DNA from: Candidatus Omnitrophota bacterium
GTDB taxonomy: Bacteria > Omnitrophota > Gorgyraeia > Zapsychrales > Zapsychraceae
NCBI GenBank assembly: GCA_018062515.1
Contig: JAGOSC010000003.1
Coordinates: 14,495 to 78,494 of the forward strand
DNA: 64,000 bases
Reading direction: 5' to 3'
Positions 33,901-45,900 of the stretch are shown here, piece by piece; within the stretch, counting starts at the first letter, position 1, and every line of letters begins with the position of its first letter. The notes under the pieces are model-generated. The model saw nothing but the letters and a program-made list of their open reading frames with translations. It made no database searches and was not told the DNA's origin. The position numbers were made by a program, and so were the translations under genes.

Positions 33901-36900
33901 ATAAATAATCTAAAGTCGTTCTATCACGATTGGTTAAATAATCCCACAATTCGTGTGTCGATTGTTGTCCGTCGACGAGAATGTCAAACACATGTTTGTC
34001 ATAGGTATAATCAGATCCCAATTCTTGTAAATATTTCTGCAAGAAATATGATTCAGAAACGAAAATAGCATTCTTATAACCTTTCTTTAGTTCATTTAAT
34101 AATTCCGCAAAAACTTCCGTAGAAACCAATTTTTTGCCGCCATTCGTATGCAAAAATCCGTTAAGTTTTTCTTTTAACAATAATTCGGCCATATCGATTC
34201 GGAATCCGCCGCCATTAGTTAAGCCAAGAATATGTTTCAAGACCTTAATCATGTGTTCTCTTAATTCCGGATTGGTCCAATCTAACTCAACGGTATCTAT
34301 CCACGGCGCGCTGTTTGGCCCTTCTTGTCCATGGAGAAACGCTCTTGGACCATGGATCGTATCAGCGATGAAATATCGATTGTTATATTTCATGGCATCT
34401 TTACGATTCTTCATATAATCCCCGAGTCTAAGTGCCGTCAACCCTAACGCTTTTAATTTTTCCAAGCTGATAGAAACGAACCACTCTGGATTGGAGTAGA
34501 TCCATGATGAATCGGCAGCCATATGATTTGGAACAAAGTCGACGATGACTTTCAAGCCAGCGGCATTGGCACGTTTCACTAATTTACGGAATGATTGTTC
34601 CGTTCCTAATTCTTCATTGATCGTGTAATCCTTAATGCTATAAGCTGAACCGATTCGTTTTTCATCCCACATTTTATTGAACTTGACCGTAAAGTCGCCG
34701 GTTTGCCAAATACCCATCATCCAAACGATGTTAAAGCCTTCTTTGCGTAAATTCTTCAACATCTTCGTCGAGACTTGATCGAAACGAAGGCCTTTTTCAC
34801 GGGCATTCCATAAATACATATTGGCGCCTTGGGTTTTGATTTCTTCATCAACATTGATTTTAGATTTCAAGATCGTTGCCAACGCTTCGTCATTCAGATT
34901 GACTGAATGGTCACCCTTCTTAATCGCTTCAACCTTGGCAAAAATTTTGCGATTATGTTCAGCGTGGATTTCAGCGGCGGCCATGATGGCTTCTTGTTTG
35001 GCCAATTCAACTAATTCTGAATTATCCATTTCCGGTGATTCCTTACGTACTCTTTCATAGGCCTTCCAGAATGTTTCTGCGAAAACCTCGTCAGTTTTGC
35101 GGGCTAATGCAAGAAGTTTTTTCATTTGACCGATTGTCGGCAGGACACGTTTATTTTGAATAGGATCGTAAATTCCAGATTTAAGATGGTCGTAAACGAA
35201 TAGATACTCTGATTTACGATCAAAGTTGGTGGAAATTAGACTGAATTTGCTAATTCTGTTTGACTCTTCAATATATGGACCAAATTCAGGCGTGGTTGCG
35301 TAGATTTTAATAATTTCTTCTTCTGTATAATTCTTATTCGGGTTCTTTTCTTTAAGAATATTTCTAATGAATTGCATCCATCTATGATCGAAAATCATCG
35401 CCGGCGGAGCGTTGGATGAACCATTATTTCTATTCTTATTTTCTTTAACCTGTTTACGATTTTCCGTCGCTGAGTGAAGTGCGGTGTACATCTTTTTACC
35501 CATCCAAACAAACGGGCCGGCAAAACCGACAAAAATTAAGTACCATTTATTCTTTCTTAATTGTTCATTCTTGATGAAGAAGTCTGGTTTGTTAACGGCT
35601 GACGTATAGAAAACACTGAAATATTGTGTTGAAATACCGTCGATGGCGACGGCAAATGAAGCTAAGACTGGATGCTGAACGATGAAGCTGCGTACGATTG
35701 AATGTATACGTGTCATCCAATAGGCTTCAAATTGTTTAGCACCGACTTTTCCAGCTTCTTCTTTCAATCTTTCGATGTTTCCACGGACAAATCTAACCAT
35801 ATTGGTATAACCAAATGTTCGTAATCGAACCATGGTCATGATACCAGCAATTCTTAAGGCGGTTGTCACCGCTTCTTCTATACCTGTTGATTGACCGCCA
35901 AATAAACTTGGAGCTAGATGACTTACCATCCATACTATGGCCGCAATTCCCGTCGTGGCGACGACTGCAAATTTAACATCCTTGATAAACTCCTCTTTAT
36001 CAAATGCTTTGGATAATTTAATTGTTCGGGCTTTATCCATCATTCCCATAAGATCCACTGCAACCATAAATGCGCTGACTGACAGAATTAAATATGTTAA
36101 ATCTAAATCTTTCGGCGCGATGACGGTGAAGTAAACCCAGCTGAACGCTCCCATGATCAAACCTAATGGGAAGGCCGCCACGATTTGTTTCTTGATAATG
36201 TCCTGACCGCCGATCCATTGACCAGAAAAGTCCGTGGCTGCCATGAACATACCGAAGATGATAATGTTAGCGACCGGTAAAGCGACGACGAGCGTCAATA
36301 ATCCGAAGAGATAACCGTAGGTTAACAAGGCTAAAGCTGAAATAGCAGAAACACTGACCAGGGCTTTGAATAATACATTCTTGGTCCGTTTGTTTTTCTG
36401 AACAGAATTATTCTTTTGATCGTCGACTCCATTGCTCGCGGCATTGTCCGTCAATAGTTTGGATTGTTCCGCTTTAGCCAACGCGTTATTTTTGTTTATT
36501 TGTTCTATTTCTTGAGCCGTAAACAATGGTTCAATGAACGGCTGGAATCGAGCAGGAACTGCCTTTGAACCATTCTTTAGAGAGCCAAACAAACTTCCCA
36601 AATATGTTTCAACATTAAAGACATCCATGGTTTGTTTTAATTTAATTCCTGATTGGCGAGAAAGAAGTTCCGCGCGGTCCTTTAATTGTTTCAGACTATC
36701 GTCAGTAACGATAAACATGCGGTGACGTCGGCCGCTCAAGATATTTTTGTTCAACTGATCCGCGCCATATACCTTGAATCTCTTTTTATCTTTATCATCT
36801 TTCTTCTTGGTCATCATCATGAAAGCGATATAAAGCGAATGCTTCCACAAAATTTCTTTAACCATCTTGTCAAAACCTCTTTTCTCAGCGCGTTTCTGCA

Positions 36901-39900
36901 ATTTACTGCTGTTGACCGAATACCCGTTAGAGATTCCTTTGTTTATTTCATGTTCTATCTTTGTTTTGTCTAATTCACTAAAGTTAAAATTCTCAATAAT
37001 TTTCTCGATATACTTGTTCAGCACTCTCAGTTTTTCTAAGTTAATAACATTATCTTCTTTAACCAAACTTAAAATCTGCATAATAATAGCCAAATGTCCG
37101 CCTACTTCTGGAAAAGTATTATAATAATAGGCCTTTAATGACATCGGAAGATTATGGCGGTATTGAAAATACAACATAATCGGCACACGAATAAGCAGCG
37201 CCACAGCCAGCGAGACAATTAAATATGAAATAATTGGCGCTAATAAAGTTAGCAGAACACGTTCCCCTACTAAATTATTTACCGTAAGATACGTTCCAAT
37301 CGACATACCGAAAACCTTTAAAAAGGTAGTGAATACCTTCAACCCTGTGAAAATTTTAAAGATTTTCCAATACTGACCAATTTGCTTACGTGACAATTCT
37401 TTTTTCTTAAGAGCCAAAACAATAACAAGACTAAGAAGTTTCCTTATAGAATTAATCTTCTTTATTGTGACCCGTGTGGTGCCTTTTAATATTGAGAATG
37501 AGCCAACCAAAACCAGCGCTAAGACTGCGGTCAACAGCAAGCCAGGTATAAATTCAGAGGTGATGCCGTCACCTTCAGTTTTTTCCGATTCCCCAATCGT
37601 TTCAACTTTAGTAATTGTTGATGACTCGGCATCACCTCTTCCTTCAGATTTCTTGGAGACAGCGTCGTTTTCTATTGTTTCCGATTCCCCAATCGTCACT
37701 TTAGTTTTTGCAAAAGAACGATCGCTGTCTCCAATATGGCGCGTATCTGAAATATTTTTCTGAGAGTCTACAGAGGTGATGCCGATAACTTTAGTTTTTC
37801 CGATTCCCCAACCGTTAATAACTTTAGTTTTATCTAAATCGACATCACCTCTGTAAATGAATGTGAAGACAGCATCAAGCTTTTCAGTTTTTTCCGATTC
37901 CCCAATCGTATTAACTTTAGTTTCTGTAAACGAACGGCTGACACTGCCTTCAATAGATTGTGTTGCTTGAGAATTTACAGGGATGATGCCGCCAATGTTT
38001 CCGATTCCCCAATCGTTAACTTTAGTTTTGTCTAATGAACGGGCATCATCCCTAGAGTTTGTGGAGACAGTGTCAGCGTTTTCAGTTTTTTCCGATTCCC
38101 CAATCGTATTAACTTTAGTTTCTGTAAATGAACCGCCGACGCTGTCTCCAATATTTATTGTGACGAAAAGCACAAATGTAATTAAAGTGGCTGCTGTAAA
38201 GCGTGCAGCTTTCTTAAATATTGCGCGGACAACGCCCATAACTGTTGTATTTCCGATTCCCCAATCGTTAATAACTTTAGTTTTTAAAGAACGATGGGCG
38301 TTGTCTGCGATATGTTTTATGTTTGAAATGTTTGTTGGTAGATATTGAGTGGATGTTTCGATCGTGCGGATGGTGAAGGCGTAAAACTTGAATACAACAC
38401 CATTTCGATCAACTAAAACGTTCAACCGGGCTAACCAGCTTAACAATTGGATCAGAACACCTTTACCCGCAATTTCTTTTTCTTTCAAATCATTTGAATT
38501 TTCAGCGGCGTAAACAGGTGTCGCGGCAAATGGATTCAATTTGCTTAATAATGTAAAAATGGTCGGCATCACTGGCAACACTGGTGTAGGCGCAGCTGGT
38601 AATGTCGTCGGAACGTTTACAGGAATCGTCGAATCTAAATGAGCCGGAATGTTTGTTTTGATCTTCTTAATTTCTTGTGCTTTATCTAAAATCTTATTTT
38701 CTTTAGTTTTATTAATTTGTTTTCGAAGTTTTACAACAGCAGCGATTGAAACAGCGACAATGATGAACGCTTTGATCACAATCGGGCTGAGGAAGAATGT
38801 CGCGACGGCCAGCAATATGATTGGACCGCGGTCATGTATTCCCAGCTCATCTTTAAAATAAACATCCCTGATCTCAACTATTTCAACTTCATCAATTTTC
38901 TCTAATGCCTTTCTTAAACCATTTTCCGCGTCTTCTATTGAAGTAGTTATCGGCATTTCCAGTCTCAATTCCAACAAGACTTCGTCATTATTATCTTCTC
39001 GAGCAATAACTGTATTATCGATATTGATTTTCAACTCACTTATGGTCGCTGATATTTTATTCATCAGTCCTTTGGCATCCGTTACCGTAATATAAATATC
39101 CCGTTTAATTGTTTGATCAGGCCGTATGGGAATATTTCTATCTTCTCTCAAATCTTGTTTTAACCGATTTATGCGTTTATCGAGATCGAGATCAGTAATC
39201 TCATTAGATATGATAATTTCAATTATTTTCTTTCCTTGTCTTTTTGACTTTTTAGTAGAAACATTATATATAAAGATATCGCCAAAAATACCCGTCGCTA
39301 ACTTTTGCATACCAGGCCGGTCTAACAAATCTATCTTGATAATTATTTTATGTTTCCCGGATTTGTTAACAGTAACGTCAATCTCATCCCAGGACTTCAA
39401 TTTTTCTGTAACGACCGCTGGCTTCAATTCACCGAGTGCGACGGCCTGGAACACGCCATCAGCGGTAAATTTAATACCCTTAATTTTTAATTCAGATAAT
39501 AAGTCTTGAGCTGAATAGTTCAGACGGTCGGTTATCACTTGATTATTTAAATCGATGCCCTCTTGAATTAATGCTTGTCTTCCGGTTTCATTGAGAATTT
39601 TAATAATCGTTTCCCGGATTATATTTCCGTTACCGTTACTGTTAAACGCGGCCAGTCCAACGATAACTTCTTTAATTTCATTGAGCTTCAAAGATTCTTT
39701 GACCTGTTCCAAAACTTGATTAGTTACGCTTGTTCCAAGACCTAATTTTTGCAATAATCCCAATTGCGGTAAGCCAATATTTTTAAGTTCTTGCATACCA
39801 AGCGCGTAATAATTTGATTTTGGATGAGCAATCTCCATAACCCTAATCTTTGTACGCCATGATTTTGCCGAATTCAATATAGCTCTTTGCATGGCCGGAT

Positions 39901-42900
39901 TATTACCCAGCTTAATTTTTGTTGAATTTGATCCTTGTCGAACCATATCTCCAGGTTGAAGTTCTGAATTTTCCCGGGCTTGGGCTGGATCCTGTGAGGC
40001 ATCATATGAATCTGATTTATCAACCCAAGAATTTGTTCTTGGTCTGTACGTTTGCACACCGATATAATCTTCCGTCAACCCTTTTTCGAATTGAGCGGAA
40101 CTTTGTTTGAAATTTAGCATAACAAAATCAGCCCCAGTTGCGTCTCTCGGTAGTTCGACGATATCAACAAACTTTTCACCGTCGATTTTTACCCATGTCT
40201 GAACGTGCATAATTCCTAAAGTTTTAAGTTTCTGATAAACAATATTAACCGACTCGTCTGCATCTTCACTTAAGTAAACTGATTCCTCCGGAGAAACTTT
40301 TTGCCCGGTTTTTCGCTGAATTGTATACAACCAATGAGAAAGTTTTCCGGCTTCATTCTTGACGCCAAAGCGCTGAGCATCAAATCTTTCTTTTGACTGA
40401 AGCATTATTTCATAAACTAATCCGTCTTTATAATTTCTAACCAAAATATGGACGTTATCATCTTCTTTGCGATCAGGGTTTGGATTATCTTTTGTTGAAG
40501 GCAATAGCTGCCCAAAGTTTTCCTCGATCTTACCGACTATATTCCAAATAGCTGCAGCCGCAGCCCGTCCTGTTTTATTCTTAACGATAAGAGTAATACC
40601 CAATAAGTCATTAAGTTCTGATACCTTTTTATATTTTGAACTGTCTTTTCCTTTTCGCACTTCATTAACTTTTTCATAAGCGCTGTGAGCTGTCTTAACT
40701 CGTTGATAGCTCTCAATAGAATTATCAAATACATCGTTTAAAACGCCTGTCAGTTCATTAGTAATTTCCTTCAAATAATTCTTCAATGCTTCGTAGGTGA
40801 ATTTACTATTTTTATATTGTCTAGGTGTCTGCGCTGTAACAATTTCTTCAATTGTTTCATGATATTTAACCGGATCTTTCAGAATAAAGATGCGTTCATG
40901 TAATACTCTCACTAAATTGGTACGATAAAATAGAGAAGCTAAAGTTACATAAATATCTTCAACTTCCCGAATGAAAGATTTTTCGGAATCCGTTAATTCA
41001 TGTTTTTGTGTTCCTTGTTGTTTGATCATTTCTTCGAGAAAAACAATATTCTCAGCAAACACCAAACGAAGAATATCCGCTTCAGCCACATCGTTTTTAT
41101 CGTCAATGCCGCCAGTCATTTCTACTATCATATCGACATAATCTTGAATTAAACTGTCTGTTATTCTTTGATCAACATCTTTTCGTTTTCTAATAACTTT
41201 ATCGGGATGATATTGGAGATTAAGGATGCGTTTGAAATTATAGACCATCTTCAAAGCCCACTCGACTGAACCATTCTTGATGCGCTTGCTGTTGCGTAAA
41301 ATATATTTGTTTAAATCTTTGTCACGATGATCGGCTTCAAAGAACAAGGCCGCGATAACTCCCTTAAACTTAGCTTCTTGACGGATAACAGCATCAACCA
41401 ACTTAAAGGCATATTGCATTTGTTCTTCGTTATATTTCGTCGAGATAATATCATAAGCTTCTTTAATAGCATCGGTGTGTTGTTTGAGGGTTTCTTCATC
41501 AACAGGATGTCGACGATATTGATTACGTTTACTATAAGCTTTCATTAATTCATCCATCTTTTCATCAAAGTTGTTATTATTTCTATTATTATCACCGCCG
41601 TTTATTAACACCGCCAATCCAGCGAATATCAAACCAGCTCCAAGAATATTATCGATCACATAAGCGACCGCCGCTGCCACAATCACGACTAGAAAGTCCC
41701 AAATCTTAGAGGTGCTGATATGGTTTATGAGTCCTTTTAACTTATTGTTTTTTGAAGGGCCGATTTTCATCAAGAATTGTCGGCTAAATTCATTGTTTTG
41801 GCTTTCAACCAGACGGATAATCCATTCTTTTTCATCATCGTATTTAAGTTTATTAAATATTTTAATAAGCGTATCTGTGTTATTTGTTGGGTTGCTCGCT
41901 TCTCTTATAACATCAATTCCAAAATATCTATCTTTTCCAAAGAGACGAGAAATATCCGCCCGAACTTGCGCATCTGCTCTTAACCACAATAAAAGCATGG
42001 CGCTCATCATCGTTCGTTTATGAGGAACTTTATGAATTATGTTCTTGTAATGATCAGATATGGTTAAAACCCAATCAATACTGGAATGATCACTCAATTC
42101 AACTGCTTTGGCGTAAACCTCCCAAATGCTATTCATTAATTCGCTAGCTTGTTCAAAAATACTTCTAATCGCTTCTTCTTTAATTTCCTCTTGAGTCGGA
42201 TTTTTATTTTTTCTCAAAAGTCTATCTTTTGCATTTTTAAGGAGGTCTTTGTCAGACGCTAATTCAAAAGCGTCTTCTATAATTATTTCTACCGCGTCTC
42301 TGGCGTTTTTCAAAGTTTTGATTTCTTTCGGCAATCGATAAAAATTATCCTTGTCGGCGATGGCGTTCAATAAGATTCTCTTAAATTCAAATCGGATATG
42401 TTTATATTCATTAGGAAGGCTGTCAATAAATGATTTGCCCGTGCTTGGCATTTTGGCGATGAAAAATTGGTATAATGTTCCGTCTTTAACATCCTTAATA
42501 GCTTGGCCTTCCATTATTCGTCCGAACGTATATCGTCCGACGAGTTCTTCATTGCTTGAATTTTTATCACTCATCAAATTATGAGCGCGGTCAGCCAACT
42601 TAACCGTCATTGCTATATAACCCGCGCGGATAATTCGGTCATAATAGCGAATGGTTAAACGTTTTTGATTCCAGTCCGCTAACTTCTTCGCCAATTCAAC
42701 CAACACGGCCGGAGCGCCCAATTTTTTCAATACTGAATATATTTTCAACGGAATTAAGTTTTCGTTTTTATTTCTGGTCAATACCTTGACCAATTTGATG
42801 ACCTCATCAATATCAAGATTTCTCGCTGGGTCGTTTTCATCTAATTTCTCGACCAATTCCTCTAATTGTTGACGAAGTCTCTTTTCGACTAAGGCCATCA

Positions 42901-45900
42901 TTTTCTTGGTCACGTGAATTTTTCGTCCGTCATTCAACCGGCGAATTTTCGCTGGCATTAATTTATTTTTGTCATTCGTGTAATAATCAATACTGTTTTC
43001 AATAACATCATGGAGAATGTCTACGGCCACAGCGACAGGGTTTGATATCAGGAACCAGTTAACTGACATACTAGCAACACTGTGAAGATGTGAAGTATAA
43101 TCCGTTCCGACTACATCTTTTCTGACATCGCCTTCGTGATGGTCTTTAACAATTTCGTTTAAACCTTCAACATATTTTCTAGTTAAACCGGTATTGAGCT
43201 GTCCTAGGCCAATAAAATTATCTGGATCAAACACGTGTACTCCATAAATCTTCTTAAAGATTTCTGAAAAAATATCTTCAGCGGAGCCGGCCTTAAATTG
43301 TTTATAGAATTGTCTTTCTACGGCCGGTTGTTGTGATGCGTCTTTAATATTTTCAACAACACTTGATTTAATCATAGGCTCATTACGTTTTGATAAAATT
43401 TTCCAAATGGCAAAACCAGCCGCGCCAACAGCCAACGCGCTAACAGCCACCCAGCCCCAAACTGGCATTGAAACCAATATAACTGGAGTGAAAGCGATCA
43501 ACGCGTCGACGACGATAATACTTGATCCAGCTTCATAAACATTTTTAATCGTTTTATTAAATACCGCGACAATGCCCTTACGACCAATGTTTTCGATTCC
43601 CCAATCGTTAACTTTAGTTACAAAAGAACGAAGGGCATTGTCGGCGGTAATATTTGAGATGTTGGATTGAAGATACTTTGAAGATTTGATCCTGGCAAAT
43701 GTAAGAACAGCGACGATGAATATCATCTTTATGACAATCGGGCTGATTATAAATACAACACCGGCTGTTAAAATTATTGCTCCTAAATCATTGGATTTAG
43801 TACCGCGCTCTTCAATTCTATTGAACAATATATTTTCTAAGAATGTTTTAGCTTTACCCGTTACGCTGGCAACTAATCGTGCCTTAGTGACTTTAGTTGT
43901 ATTGACATTTTGTATAAATCGATTAGCTAATATGTTTTGTTCTTTTTTGCTTAAACGGTTAAATAAACGATTTACCGCAGCCCAATGAGCGGCTGGTATA
44001 GCATTTATTCCTTGTTTTCCGTCGTGAACTGGCTGTATGTCGCCTTTAACGGTATATAAAGCTAAGCCGAACATTTCGCTGATTAAGGTTTCACTTAATT
44101 GTTTTGACGTTAAATCAGCCTTCATTGTATGGCTGATGGCTTTAATGTTTCCGGTGTTGATGGACGTTTCAAAGATTTGTTGAACAGTAGCTTTCGTGCG
44201 GAATTGTTGTAATGGAGTAGTGATAAAGACAAACGTATGGGCGTTTAGTTTTCTTTCAGCGGATAATATTTTGCGGTAATTTTCGAAATTTTGTTTTGTA
44301 TTGGTTGATTCATTCTCGAGGATAACATTTTTACCTTCGGTTAAAGTGATATTTTTGAATTCAACTTCAGTAGCGATCATTTGATTCATCACTTGCAAGA
44401 TGATTTGCGCTTCGCTGATCTTCACTTTTCCTGCGCTTAAAGCTGAACTTAATTCAGCCAAATCAGCCGCTGAACTGATAATCTTTCCGGCGACTTCGAC
44501 CGTGTAACCAGCTTCAAGGGCTTTGATGATCAACGGCATGGTTAATCGTCCATATCCGCCGAGAATAACAATACGTTTGGCGTTTGCTGCTTCATAAACT
44601 CTCAAGGTGTGTCGAATCATATCGATATCATCATTTCCAGCGAAAACAACATCGTCGACGGATTCTTGACTTAATTGTTCCATGGTCATATCAGATTGGC
44701 TGAGGCCTTCAGCCAATTGTTCTTTAGCTTCAGCGGCCAATTTGGCTTGACGTTGGAAGTACAAGCGGGCAGCTAACCAAGCGGCCAGTGATAAGGCAAC
44801 GATACCGGCGATGACAGTCGCATAAGCGCTGAACAATACAACAGCGACTATCCCCGGAGCCAAATCATTCATTTTCTTGGTATTCTTGGTATCTTTAACA
44901 TTCTTATGATTGGATACAGTCAATTTATTATTAAACAATCGTTTGGCTTCATTGAATAAATAATACAAGGATCCTAATATCCAGGTGATGAAAAAGACGC
45001 CAGTAATGGTAACCGGTAAGAAATAAATCAAAGCTGTTGCGGATTCTGTGACGGCCAACCCAATACCGAACCCTAACATAAGTAATTCATAGAATATAAG
45101 CGCTAAACCTTTAAAATATAATCCTCCCTTATTCTTTCTCAAATCTTTCTTAATGGCTTTTGTTAATTCTTGTTTTTCAGAATATATCGTGTTCTTATCA
45201 GCTTTAGCTATTTTAAAGAGTTGTTTGGTGATTGCACCTGGAACCCAGATAACATCTAACCAAGATCGGATAATTCCCGTTTTGGTCCATTGTGTATATC
45301 CTTTGAATCCTTTATAACCAGTTGTTCCGGGGAATATGCCCGGCATAGTCAGAATCGGCGCGAAGGCCCATAAGAAAATAGCGGCAATATAGAAGAATGA
45401 CCAAAGAATTGGTAAGGCTTGCCACAAGAAAACACCTAATGAAGATATGAAAATAAAGATAAGTGAGAAGTTTATCTGGAATTGGAATGAATCGGTCGCC
45501 TTAAGTTTATTACCAGCATTATCCATGAATCTATAAATGCGTTCGATGAACTCAAATCTAGCTATGTCCCATCCCTTCTCTGACTGATTAAACTTAGCCT
45601 TTCCGTGCAAACCTTTGAAAATACCAAGCGAATAATTGATGATGTAAGTGATGTAAACCATCATCAAGGCTGGGAACAATCCAAATAAACTTGAAATACT
45701 GCCTTGAATACCTTTGCGATTGAAATTCACATAATGTTTCACTAATGTGATGGCAAGCACGACTGCCGTGGCCAACCCAGTGAAAGGCATAAACGCCATA
45801 CCCAAAAAGGCCGTTAATCCTAAGAAATGCGCGATAAGTGAGGCCAAAATGGTCGTCGGAATAATACCTAAATAATTTACTAATCCGCGCATAATACCTT

